A stretch of 64,000 nt of DNA from an uncultured Gemmatimonadales bacterium (GCA_963850905.1 CAWKMU010000003.1:1696001-1760000); one strand, 5' to 3'; counted from the first letter of the stretch, positions 20,714 through 29,901 are shown. The notes: generated by a model not told the origin, from the letters alone. Numbers and translations are program-made.

Positions 20714-21546
20714 AACAGAGTCCGGTAGAGGATCATCGCGATGCAGGCGCCGGCGAGGGTGCTCAAGGCGTTGACTCCGTCGTTGTCCAGCCACGACAGG
20801 CCCCCGGCGGCGCGGGTGGCTGCACCGCAGCTGTGCACCACGCGCTCCGTCGGCACCTTGCATCGTTCGCACCATTGGCGTCGCTGCAGAGTCGCGCCAA
20901 GGATTGAATCGAAGGCCATACCGACCACCCCGCCTCCCAATGCGGCCGCGGCGGCGGCCCGACGCCAGCCGAGTACCCACAGGACCCAGGCCATCGCTGC
21001 CGCACCGACGATGCCGGCAATCGTGCCGATCGCCGTGACGCCACCCGATGTGCCAGGGCGCACCGTTCGACCCGTCAGGATGGATCTCGGGGGGCCACCC
21101 CACAGCGTCCCCACTTCCGTCGCCCACGTATCGCCTGACGCGGCCGCCAGCGCCCCTCCAGCCACGGCGTGCCAGGCCTGGTCGGTCCATGCTGTCCCAA
21201 TCCCCCAATCGCTGGCGTGAGGTTGAGCGCGCACGACAAACCCCAAGGCACACAGCGCGAACACACCGCCATTCGCCAGGACCTGTAGGGCATCCCGTTC
21301 ACCGCCCTTGGATATCACATCCGCCGTGAGAGCTTCCTTGCGGGCGCGCCCGATGCGGGACCAGACCGATCCGCTCAAAAAGAAGGCGATGAGCGCCGTC
21401 GCCCAATCCCAGCCCGCCACGACGCACACGGTTCCGACTCCGGTCGCCGCTATCGCCCCCTCGTGCGACAGCATGCGGCTCTGGCGAGCGGCGAGTGCGA
21501 TGGCGCTGGAAACGACAATCCCTAGCACGAGGCGTTGGAGTAGCAC
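20710..21546 (-). CDS. DUF92 / TMEM19 family membrane protein
   Basis: KGGERDALQVLANG, DTWATEVG, PGTSGGVT, DSILGATLQ, NDGVN; GTG start at 21546 inferred. Confidence 0.9.
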   Translation of the reverse strand: MLLQRLVLGIVVSSAIALAARQSRMLSHEGAIAATGVGTVCVVAGWDWATALIAFFLSGSVWSRIGRARKEALTADVISKGGERDALQVLANGGVFALCALGFVVRAQPHASDWGIGTAWTDQAWHAVAGGALAAASGDTWATEVGTLWGGPPRSILTGRTVRPGTSGGVTAIGTIAGIVGAAAMAWVLWVLGWRRAAAAAALGGGVVGMAFDSILGATLQRRQWCERCKVPTERVVHSCGAATRAAGGLSWLDNDGVNALSTLAGACIAMILYRTLL

Positions 21547-21553
21547 GGGGGGG

Positions 21554-21677
21554 CGGGCGCTTGGCGCCCGAGAGGGTAGAAACACGAGAGCAGAGAGTTG
21601 AAAGTAGCCAACGGCGGTCGTTGACTGTCTACTGTCTACCTTCTGACGGTCTACTCTCTCGGGCGCGCCAGCGCCCG
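21554..21677. repeat. Complete ~124-bp palindromic element, same family as 12704-12827
   Basis: The right end TCTACTCTCTCGGGCGCGCCAGCGCCCG is the exact reverse complement of the left end of the 12704 copy. Confidence 0.88.
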
Positions 21678-21745
21678 TCCCTAACCCCTGACCTCCCGGT
21701 CTGTTAAATTGCCGCCTCCTTGCATCACCTGCCTTTCGCATTGCC

Positions 21746-22369
21746 ATGACTGCGTCACCTACGGTCGACGCTCTGCTTCCGCTTAGCCTGTTGGAAGCGG
21801 TCCGCGGCGTAGACTCTCCGCACGACGACCTCGACACGGAGTATGTCCCGGAGCTGCGCAACAAGCGGCTCGGACTCAGCGACACCGTGTACGCACAAAT
21901 TCAGCGGTACACGGTTGCCGTGAAGAAAAGTCAGCGTGCGCCCCAGGAAGAAGCCGTCGCACTCGCTCGACTCATCGGCCGACGCGCCGACGCGCACCAG
22001 GTGTTCTCCGCAGCTGGCCGGATCCTCGCCCAACAATCCTTGGAAAGCGGCTCCGCGGTGACCCGCCAAGTAATCCTGGTGCTCCCGTCGCTGCTCGCCC
22101 GCCCGCTTGCGCTTCGCGAGGCTCGTCGGATCGCCTCCCGCTATCTCAACGGCACGATCCGTCGAGTCGGGGGCTCGTTGCTGCTCGAGGTACCGCATTC
22201 GGTCACCGTCGACAGCGGCCCGAAGGAAAGTGGATGCGCCTACTACGAGTCGGTTCTCCGGGAGCTCGTGCACACGCTCGTCGGCGCGCCGGGTGCGGTC
22301 GAACACGTCAGGTGCGTGACGCGCGGAGAGCGAGTCTGCGAGTGGCGTGCGGAATGGCGACGCGGTTAA
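21746..22369 (+). CDS. V4R-like domain protein
   Basis: C-terminal CAYYESVL...EHVRCVTRGERVCEW pattern resembles V4R. Confidence 0.65.
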   Translation: MTASPTVDALLPLSLLEAVRGVDSPHDDLDTEYVPELRNKRLGLSDTVYAQIQRYTVAVKKSQRAPQEEAVALARLIGRRADAHQVFSAAGRILAQQSLESGSAVTRQVILVLPSLLARPLALREARRIASRYLNGTIRRVGGSLLLEVPHSVTVDSGPKESGCAYYESVLRELVHTLVGAPGAVEHVRCVTRGERVCEWRAEWRRG

Positions 22370-22390
22370 GTCACCAATAATCGGCGAACA

Positions 22391-23569
22391 ATGTTGACGC
22401 CCGAGACGCTTCCCCGAATCCAGACGGCATTGTCGGATGCGGGACTCGACGGATGGCTCCTGTACGATTTCCGCGGCGCCAATCCGGTCGCCGCTGGCAT
22501 CCTCCAGCTCAAGGGCCTCCAGACGCGTCGTATCTACGCGTATGTGCCGGCTCGCGGCGTGCCGACGGCGATCACACACGCCATCGAGCAAGGACCGTGG
22601 GAACACTGGCCGCCGACATGGGGGCGCGTGGTGTACAGCGGGTGGCGAGAGCTCGAGGCGGCGATCGCAGGGCTCGTACGTCGGCAGCGGGTTGCGATGG
22701 AATACTCACCGGGCGACGCGGTCCCCTACGTGGATCGCGTACCAGCAGGCGTCATCGAGCTCGTTCGTGCGGCCGGAGCAGATGTCGTCTCATCCGGCGA
22801 ACTAATCAGTCGATTCTACGCGGTGTGGACGGAGGCAGAACTTGCAGCGCATCGTCGTGCGGCGGTGGCGATTGCGGCTATTGGCCAGGAGGGCTTGCGC
22901 CTCGCGGGCGCGGATGCGGCGCGCGGTGAGCCGCAGACCGAATACGGACTTCAGCGCTGGATCCTGGAGCGTCTTGCGCGGGCCGGGCTCGAGACGCACG
23001 ACGCGCCGATCGTGGCGATCGGCCCGAATGCGGCCAATCCGCACTACGCGCCCAGCGAGCAACCCGCTACGGCGATTGCGCCTGGCGCCGTTCTCTTGAT
23101 CGACCTCTGGGCGCGCGAGCCCGGGCAGCCATTCGCAGACCAGACGTGGATGGGTGTACTTGGAGCGCCGACGGCGCAGGTGATCCGTGTGTGGGAGGCG
23201 GTACGCGACGCGCGCGATGCGGCAATCCAGTTGCTGCGCGATCGCCTGCCGACGGGCAAGCCCCTCCGAGGCGCCGAAGTGGACGACGCCGCCCGGCGAG
23301 TCATCGAGTCCCGCGGGTTTGGTCGATTCTTTGTGCATCGCACAGGTCACTCGATCGATGCACGCGACCTCCATGGCTCGGGGCCCCACATCGACAATCT
23401 CGAGACGCGCGAGGAGCGATTGTTGATCCCGGGCGTGGCGTTCTCGATCGAGCCCGGCGTCTATCAGCCCGGTGTCCTCGGGGTGCGGTCAGAAGTGAAC
23501 GCGATTGTCGGCGATCGCAGCGTCGAGATCACGCCGATCGACTATCAGCGCGAGTTGATGCGAGTGTAG
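22391..23569 (+). CDS. M24 family (Xaa-Pro) metallopeptidase
   Basis: NPHY, IDLW, ADQTW, HRTGHSI, FSIEPGVY, GVRSE. Confidence 0.93.
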   Translation: MLTPETLPRIQTALSDAGLDGWLLYDFRGANPVAAGILQLKGLQTRRIYAYVPARGVPTAITHAIEQGPWEHWPPTWGRVVYSGWRELEAAIAGLVRRQRVAMEYSPGDAVPYVDRVPAGVIELVRAAGADVVSSGELISRFYAVWTEAELAAHRRAAVAIAAIGQEGLRLAGADAARGEPQTEYGLQRWILERLARAGLETHDAPIVAIGPNAANPHYAPSEQPATAIAPGAVLLIDLWAREPGQPFADQTWMGVLGAPTAQVIRVWEAVRDARDAAIQLLRDRLPTGKPLRGAEVDDAARRVIESRGFGRFFVHRTGHSIDARDLHGSGPHIDNLETREERLLIPGVAFSIEPGVYQPGVLGVRSEVNAIVGDRSVEITPIDYQRELMRV

Positions 23570-23673
23570 CGGCCTTCGGCCGCTCGAGAGTGGAACCGCA
23601 GTAGAAAGTAGACGACAGCACTGCGCTAGGCTGTCTACTTCGTGCTGCTACTTTCTGGCGCCCTCCAGCGCGC
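23568..23673. repeat. Diverged copy of the AGTAGAA/TCTACTT palindromic element
   Basis: Terminal hairpin AGCGGCC-TTC-GGCCGCT, then GTAGAAAGTAGAC ... GTCTACTT...CTACTTTCT; overlaps both convergent stop codons. Confidence 0.75.
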
Positions 23674-24667
23674 TCCAGGTTCCGGGATCCTCTAATCCTA
23701 AGCGCCACAGGGCAAAGCGTCGAACACCGAGCGATTCGGCTGACGCGACGAGTGCGCGAGTCTGTCGAGCGTCGGTGACCCACGCCTCGCCGGAGTCTGG
23801 ACGGAGAAAATGAAGCGCGCCTGATGCGGAATCACGGGAGAGTGGGATCCCCAGCTGAGCCGTCTGCTGCTGCGCGTCAGCGTAGCTCAGCACCGCCGCC
23901 GCGGCGGGGCGCTTCCAGAGATAGCCGTAGGTCGGAAGCCCAGCCACAAGGCGCCCAGGGCCAACCTCCGCGACGCGAAGGGCAAGTGCCTGCCGAAACC
24001 ATCCCGGAGACGCAATCGGTCCCGGTGGACCGTTTGCCCAGTGCTCGTCGTACAGCATTGCGAGCAACAGGTCGGCGGCCGCGAGGTGTCTGCCGGCGTA
24101 CACGAGCGTGTCGGTCGGCACGATGGCCACGGTCACGGGCCGCACGTGCCGGCCATGGGCCGAATCGACAAACGCTTTCACGACAACGGTCAGCGCCGCC
24201 GTGTCATCCCGCGTGAGAGCCTCGAAGTCGAGGACGAGTCCCTGGTAACCGTGGGTCTTCGCCCAGGCCGCAACCGCTCCGGCAGCTCGAGCGCGGAGGT
24301 CTGGGTCACTCGCCAAGCGCGTGATCGTCTCGCGATGGAAGCGGTCGCGCTGATAAGTGGTGACGAGTGCGAATCGGTGTGGCCCGGGCGGGACCTTGAT
24401 CGTGTCTGGGTAGACGGCCACCGGCATTGCGGTCAGCGTGTCGAGTCGAAGCCAACCAGAAATGAGAACACGAAGAGCGGGTGCGACGCACGCGACGCTG
24501 GCAGCGCTTCGGGGGTCCCACGGAGCGGTAAACGCCCACACCTCGACGCGAAGTCGACGAACGGCGCCCGGACAGGGCGCCGCTCGTGAGATCCCGCGCT
24601 CAGGGGATGTGGCGGGAGCCGCGAAAGCGAGCGAGGTGACGAGCGCGCCGACTCGGACACGCTGCAT
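23648..24667 (-). CDS. Secreted GH18-like glycoside hydrolase
   Basis: Signal peptide, GLVLDFE, MLYDEHW, PGPIAS, GLPTYGY, LWRLGLED. Confidence 0.82.
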   Translation of the reverse strand: MQRVRVGALVTSLAFAAPATSPERGISRAAPCPGAVRRLRVEVWAFTAPWDPRSAASVACVAPALRVLISGWLRLDTLTAMPVAVYPDTIKVPPGPHRFALVTTYQRDRFHRETITRLASDPDLRARAAGAVAAWAKTHGYQGLVLDFEALTRDDTAALTVVVKAFVDSAHGRHVRPVTVAIVPTDTLVYAGRHLAAADLLLAMLYDEHWANGPPGPIASPGWFRQALALRVAEVGPGRLVAGLPTYGYLWKRPAAAAVLSYADAQQQTAQLGIPLSRDSASGALHFLRPDSGEAWVTDARQTRALVASAESLGVRRFALWRLGLEDPGTWSALEGARK

Positions 24668-24695
24668 ATATTTCGCGCGGCAATGATGCAGCGAC

Positions 24696-25559
24696 ATGCT
24701 TCCTAAGCTACAAGGCCACGGCCGACCGGCGCAGATCCGGCGGAGTGGCGGCGTCGCCGCTGCCGCTGTCCTCAGCGCCCTCTCGCTCGCATGCTCGCGG
24801 GCAAATTCTCAACGCGTCGCCGGGGATGGACCACACGCCCTCGCGACGACCGAGGCCCTGAAGGGCTTCACGATCGCGACGGCCGCGCGCTACCAGGTCG
24901 ATCCGCCGCTGAGCGGTGGGCGCATTACAGGATCGATCGCGTTCGACGGGCCAGCGCCCGCGGATTCAATCGTCCATCCGACTGCCGACGCCGACGTCTG
25001 TGGCCAGACCCTGGTCGATCCGACCGTCGATCACCGCGGGCCCCTGCTGGCGAACGCGGTGGTGTGGGTCGACGGGGTCACGGCGGGCAAGCCACTGCCT
25101 GTCGTCCGGCGCTACGACCTCACGAATGAGGGGTGCCGACTCGTTCCGCGCATCCAGGCGGCCGTCACGGGCGGCACGCTCGATGTCCGCAACGCGGATC
25201 AAGCCACGCACTTGACGCGATTCGTCCTCTCGACCAAACGGACCGTGCTCGCGACGGTTTCTGAGACCGAGGCCGGAGCCGTCGTCCCGTCGCGCGCGGT
25301 CCTGGCAGCGCCCGGGGTCGTGGAGGTGACCTGCGACATGCACCCCTGGGCGAGGGCGTGGCTGCTCGTCTTCAACCAGCCGTATTTCACCACCACCAGC
25401 GCCAACGGTGCGTTTGTCATCGACTCGATCCCTCCGGGCCGCTATCGGATATCAGTCTGGCACGAGCGCTTCGGCACCCAGAGCGACAGCGTGACTGTCG
25501 TCGCGGGCCAGGATGCAGTCGTCAACATGACCTTTAAGAGCCACACCGTCGGCGGCTAG
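24696..25559 (+). CDS. Lipoprotein with cupredoxin-like and carboxypeptidase-regulatory-like domains
   Basis: Lipobox LSLAC; CDMHPW; PYF...G.F.I..IPPGRYRISVWHE. Confidence 0.75.
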   Translation: MLPKLQGHGRPAQIRRSGGVAAAAVLSALSLACSRANSQRVAGDGPHALATTEALKGFTIATAARYQVDPPLSGGRITGSIAFDGPAPADSIVHPTADADVCGQTLVDPTVDHRGPLLANAVVWVDGVTAGKPLPVVRRYDLTNEGCRLVPRIQAAVTGGTLDVRNADQATHLTRFVLSTKRTVLATVSETEAGAVVPSRAVLAAPGVVEVTCDMHPWARAWLLVFNQPYFTTTSANGAFVIDSIPPGRYRISVWHERFGTQSDSVTVVAGQDAVVNMTFKSHTVGG

Positions 25560-25596
25560 GGCAACGCATGCGTCGCCTCTACCGGCCATCTCTCGC

Positions 25597-27441
25597 TCAT
25601 GCGCTCCGGGGGTCGGTGCGGAACTGGTTGCGATAGAGTCGGGAATACATGCCGGACTGCGCGAGCAGGGCCCCATGCGTGCCTTGCTCCACGATCCGGC
25701 CACGGTCGAGGACGACCACCCGGTCGGCCCGGAGCACCGTGCTCAAGCGGTGGGCGATGATCAGCGTCGAGCGCCCTCGCAGGAGCTCTGTCATTGCGTG
25801 CTCGACTAAGCGCTCGCTCTCGCTGTCGAGACTCGACGTCGCTTCGTCGAGGATGACGAACGCCGGGTCGCTGAGAAAAACCCGAGCCAACGCCAACCGC
25901 TGGCGCTGCCCACCGGACAGCTTGACCCCGCGTTCCCCGACGAGCGTCTCGAATCGCTCGGGTAGTCGGTCAATGAATTCGACGGCATGGGCGGCGTTCG
26001 CAGCGGCCCGGATCTCAGCGTCGGTCGCATCGGGTCGTGCGAATGCGATGTTGGCTCTGACCGTCCCGCTAAACAATGCGGGCTCCTGCGGCACGATGCC
26101 GATCGAACCGCGCAGATCGGCGAATGACAAGGCGCGTACATCGTGCCCGTCGAACGTCACACAGCCACCCGTCACGTCCCAGAACCGAGGCAGCAGGGAG
26201 GCGACGGTCGTCTTGCCCGCCCCGGAAGGACCGACCAGCGCGACCACTTCCCCGGACGCAATCGACAGAGACAGTTCATGCAAGACGTCCGGGAGCGTCG
26301 GGCCGTAGCGGAAGGTCACCCGTTCGAACGCTACCGCGCCGCGGACAGGCCGAACGAGCGGCTCGGGCCTCGGCGGCTCCGCGACTGTCGGAGTGGTGGC
26401 CAACAACTCGAAGACGCGGCCCGCAGCACCGACGGCCTCCTGGTAGCTGCCGAACAGCGATGCGAGCGAGCCGATCGCTCCTGCGACCATGATGGCCAGG
26501 ATGAGGAATGAGAAGAACTGACCTGGCGTCAGCGAATGTTGTAGAACGAGTTGCCCGCCTTCCCACAGGACGACGACGATGCCACTGAACGCGATGAAGC
26601 CGACGATGCCGAAGAACTGCGCCCGCAGGACCGCGCGCCGAATCGCGGCGGTGACGACCGTGCGCAGCTTCTCGGTGTAGCGGTTCGTCTCGAAGCCTTC
26701 ACGGACGAATCCTTGTACGGTCCGTATCTGTCCGAATGCTTCGTTGGCCAGCCCCATGGCCTCGGCGACGCGGTCCTGGACCCCTGTACTGGCTCGGCGC
26801 AGCGCTCGACCGAAGATGAATGCCGCGGCCACGAGAATGGGGGCGACCTCGAGGGTCGTGACCGCGAGTCGGGTATTTCGGATCGTGAGGAGCGTGACGC
26901 CGCCCACAACCAGGATCACCTGGCGCAGGAGCTCGGAGAGATATGTGTTGCCCAGTGACTGGAGAACTGCGAGGTCCGCAGACAGGCGGCTCGTCAGCTC
27001 GCCAGATGGGTTCTCGGTGAAAAAGGCAGGCGACAAGCGCACGAGGTGAGCGAACAAGTTCTCACGCAACCTCGCGATGACCCGCTCGGTGGTAGAGGTC
27101 AACAGATAGACCTGCGTGAAGTTCAACAGGCCTTGCACCGCGAACAGCGCGATCAGTCCGAGTGCGATTTGATCGAGCCTATGGCGGCCGCCATGCTCGA
27201 ACGCGGTGTCGAGCAAGGTGCCCACCACCAGCGGGAAGACCAGGGCGGTCGCCGCGGCCGCAACGAGACAGACCGCAGCCAAGACCATGCGCCCCGCGTA
27301 CGGCCGGACGAAAGGCATCAGTCGAGCGAGCGGCCTCGGTGAGGGCAGCCGGCGCGACGCGGTGCCCGTGCTCACTTTCGGAGTGGACGGATCACTCTCT
27401 GCGGTCGCTGCCGTCGCGACGTCCGGTTCCTCGCCGACCAC
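25597..27441 (-). CDS. ABC exporter, fused permease/ATPase (MsbA-like); start uncertain
   Basis: 6-TM domain, GPSGAGKT, VGERGVKLSGGQRQR, LDEATS. Confidence 0.93.
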   Translation of the reverse strand: MVGEEPDVATAATAESDPSTPKVSTGTASRRLPSPRPLARLMPFVRPYAGRMVLAAVCLVAAAATALVFPLVVGTLLDTAFEHGGRHRLDQIALGLIALFAVQGLLNFTQVYLLTSTTERVIARLRENLFAHLVRLSPAFFTENPSGELTSRLSADLAVLQSLGNTYLSELLRQVILVVGGVTLLTIRNTRLAVTTLEVAPILVAAAFIFGRALRRASTGVQDRVAEAMGLANEAFGQIRTVQGFVREGFETNRYTEKLRTVVTAAIRRAVLRAQFFGIVGFIAFSGIVVVLWEGGQLVLQHSLTPGQFFSFLILAIMVAGAIGSLASLFGSYQEAVGAAGRVFELLATTPTVAEPPRPEPLVRPVRGAVAFERVTFRYGPTLPDVLHELSLSIASGEVVALVGPSGAGKTTVASLLPRFWDVTGGCVTFDGHDVRALSFADLRGSIGIVPQEPALFSGTVRANIAFARPDATDAEIRAAANAAHAVEFIDRLPERFETLVGERGVKLSGGQRQRLALARVFLSDPAFVILDEATSSLDSESERLVEHAMTELLRGRSTLIIAHRLSTVLRADRVVVLDRGRIVEQGTHGALLAQSGMYSRLYRNQFRTDPRSA

Positions 27442-27560
27442 GGACTCGTCCGCGGGTGGCTGCGCGGGCGGCGCGATCAGCGACGTTTCGTCGTCACCCC
27501 GGTCCGGGCGCGGCTGATCGACGACGGCCGCCGTCGCTGCCCGAGGATCGGAACGGGTAG

Positions 27561-28568
27561 CTATGCTGCCCCCGACACGAGATGGATCACCAGCGACGCG
27601 GTCCGCGCGAGGTGCCCGGCGAGTTGCCGGTCGACTACCATCGCGACAAATAGCAGGGCGAGATACATCAACGAGAACTTGTAGACGGACCACGCGGCGC
27701 CCGTCCACGGCGACGTCCGTCGCACACGAAGGATTCCGCCGATGAGCATGGCGTCCAGCACCAACGCCGCGGCCAAGTACAGCACACCGAAGGCTCCGAA
27801 CGCGACGGGGAGTACCGTCAGCGCTGACAGCAGTACGGCGTACCACAGCATTTGATCCATCGTGCGGCGCTCGCCCCACACCAACGGGGCCATCGGGACG
27901 CCCGCTCGGTCATAGTCGCGCTGCTTGAGGAGCGCCAGCGCCCAGAAGTGCGGCGGAGTCCAATAAAAAATGATCAAGAAAAGATAGACGGCCGTCAGAT
28001 CGAGGCGGCCGGTCGCGGCAGCGTAGCCGACGAGCGGCGGAAAAGCCCCGGCGGCACCGCCGATGACGATGTTGTGCGGCGTGGAGCGCTTGAGCCACCG
28101 CGTGTAGACCAGGACGTAGAAGTAGAAGCCCGACACCGCGAGCGCGGCCGTCAGCACGTTGACAAAGTGCGCGAGTAGCCAGGTGGCGAGCCCTGCGAGC
28201 GCGACACCGAACGCCAGCACTGCGGGCGCGGCCAATCGGCCACTCGGTATCGGACGGAGACGCGTCCGGGCCATGAACTCGTCGATGTCGCGGTCGAAGT
28301 ACATGTTGACTGCGTTCGCGCCACCCGCCATGAGGTACCCGCCAAGCACCACCGCCAATACGTGCCGCCAACTCGGAACCCCGGCGAGGAACATCGGCGC
28401 GACAGTGGTGACGAGAAGCAGCGAGATGATCCGCGGTTTGGTCAGGGAAATCAGATCGCGCGCGAGACGAGGCTGTGCCGTCAGGACAGCTGCCGCAGCG
28501 GGACCGCGCAGGCTGTGCGGGTCCGGCTGTGCTGGCGCGGCGACCGGACGACGGATGCGAACTCTCAC
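27561..28568 (-). CDS. ctaB: Protoheme IX farnesyltransferase (heme O synthase)
   Basis: LTKPRI, NMYFDRDID, RTRLRPIPSG, WTPPHFWAL. Confidence 0.96.
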   Translation of the reverse strand: MRVRIRRPVAAPAQPDPHSLRGPAAAAVLTAQPRLARDLISLTKPRIISLLLVTTVAPMFLAGVPSWRHVLAVVLGGYLMAGGANAVNMYFDRDIDEFMARTRLRPIPSGRLAAPAVLAFGVALAGLATWLLAHFVNVLTAALAVSGFYFYVLVYTRWLKRSTPHNIVIGGAAGAFPPLVGYAAATGRLDLTAVYLFLIIFYWTPPHFWALALLKQRDYDRAGVPMAPLVWGERRTMDQMLWYAVLLSALTVLPVAFGAFGVLYLAAALVLDAMLIGGILRVRRTSPWTGAAWSVYKFSLMYLALLFVAMVVDRQLAGHLARTASLVIHLVSGAA

Positions 28569-29593
28569 CGGGAATCCTGAGCCGCCCCTGCGGCCTGCAA
28601 CGCCTCGATTGACACGTCAGCGGTCTCAACGACCGCCAAACCGGCGCGATCGCGCGCGGCGCCGACTGGCGCGACCGTCGCCGCCCGCGCGCTCCACGCT
28701 CGGTGCGCCAGGGCGGCAAAGGCGAAGACCGCGATCCAGAGGACAGTCCCCACTGCCTGATGCAGGGACTGCAGCACCGGCGGCAGGTGCAATTCCACCA
28801 GCAATGCGGCCACCACCAGCTGGAAGCCGACGACCGCAGCCGCGAACTGCGCGGCACGCACGACTGGTTGGCTCTCACGCCGCCGCGTCACCAGGATCGC
28901 GGACACCCAGAGGTGCAGCAACAGAAGAATTGCCAACGCTCGATGAACGAGTTGGATGCCCAGCGGGATGCCTTCGACCAAATAGCCTTCACGACACCAC
29001 GGGAACCCGCGGCACGAGGCGGCCGCGCCCGGTACGTTCGCGGTGAGCGCTCCAAGGACCACGATGACGAATGCGAGTACCGTCGCCGCGCGCGCCCCGC
29101 GATAGGTGCGACCAGGCGACGTCCCAGCGCGAACCGCTCGCGCCCCGAGGCCTCCGGCCCGCTGAACCGCGACGACCAGCGCCGCCAGGGTGATCATCGC
29201 GATGGAATAGTGAACTGCGATGACATACGGATTCGAGAGCGACAACTTGACGACCACCATCCCGACGAGGGCGGCGGTCACGATCAGCGCCAGAGCGAGG
29301 GTGACCGGCCGCAGCACGCCCCCCGATCCCGACACGCCGGGCGCGGCGCGGCGGCGGATGGCCGCCACGACCAGCGCGAGCGTCGCGCACAGTAGCAGAG
29401 TCGCGAGGTAGCGGTGCGAGACCTCGACCGCGACCGTGTAGCTCGTGACCGTCGGGACCACCGAGCCGTTGCAGTCCGGCCAGTGCTCGCCGCACCCCAT
29501 CCCCGATCCTGAGATACGAACGATCGCGCCAAAGACGCTGTGAACGTACGCGAGCGCGAGGGCCGTCCAGGCCAACCGGCGGAGCGCGGTCAT
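28565..29593 (-). CDS. ctaA: Heme A synthase (COX15/CtaA)
   Basis: VRISGSGMGCGEHWPDCNG, EVSHR, CRGFPWC, LVHR, LHQ. Confidence 0.92.
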   Translation of the reverse strand: MTALRRLAWTALALAYVHSVFGAIVRISGSGMGCGEHWPDCNGSVVPTVTSYTVAVEVSHRYLATLLLCATLALVVAAIRRRAAPGVSGSGGVLRPVTLALALIVTAALVGMVVVKLSLSNPYVIAVHYSIAMITLAALVVAVQRAGGLGARAVRAGTSPGRTYRGARAATVLAFVIVVLGALTANVPGAAASCRGFPWCREGYLVEGIPLGIQLVHRALAILLLLHLWVSAILVTRRRESQPVVRAAQFAAAVVGFQLVVAALLVELHLPPVLQSLHQAVGTVLWIAVFAFAALAHRAWSARAATVAPVGAARDRAGLAVVETADVSIEALQAAGAAQDSR

Positions 29594-29901
29594 GCGCCCG
29601 TGGTGGGGGAGAGGAGCGGCTGGCCCGCGGTCGGGGGAGGGGGGTGATCACTCGCACGCACAGCGCGCCAGGTCCAGACCAGGACGAACGCGAGCGCGAT
29701 CCCTGGCAGCAGTGCCCACGCCGCCTCGCTGACCCACCGAGCGCTCCGTCTTGGACCTGGCCGGTCGGGTTCGCCGACAGCGGGCGAGCCGTGCATGGAC
29801 TGACTCTCGCCACCGACCACGGCGCGGAGGATGGCTGCCTGGGCAACCGCGCAGGCGGCGGCCGCGATCCAAAAAAGTGACTCAGTTGCGAGGGGAGCCA
29901 T
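29590..29901 (-). CDS. Small 2-TM protein resembling the cytochrome c oxidase subunit II membrane hairpin
   Basis: ATGA-coupled to ctaA; second helix WVSEAAWALLPGIALAFVL. Confidence 0.6.
   Translation of the reverse strand: MAPLATESLFWIAAAACAVAQAAILRAVVGGESQSMHGSPAVGEPDRPGPRRSARWVSEAAWALLPGIALAFVLVWTWRAVRASDHPPPPTAGQPLLSPTTGA

Noticed and set aside
19181..21253. 690-aa version of the radical SAM protein
   Set aside because: The extension overlaps the DUF92 gene in another frame; the ATG at 20713 is coupled to the DUF92 stop
17904..22369. Photosynthesis-cluster reading (BchP-, BchE- and BchJ-like families)
   Set aside because: Only superfamily-level resemblance; no bch, puf or crt genes are present, and the KS/cyclase context points to lipid or polyketide chemistry
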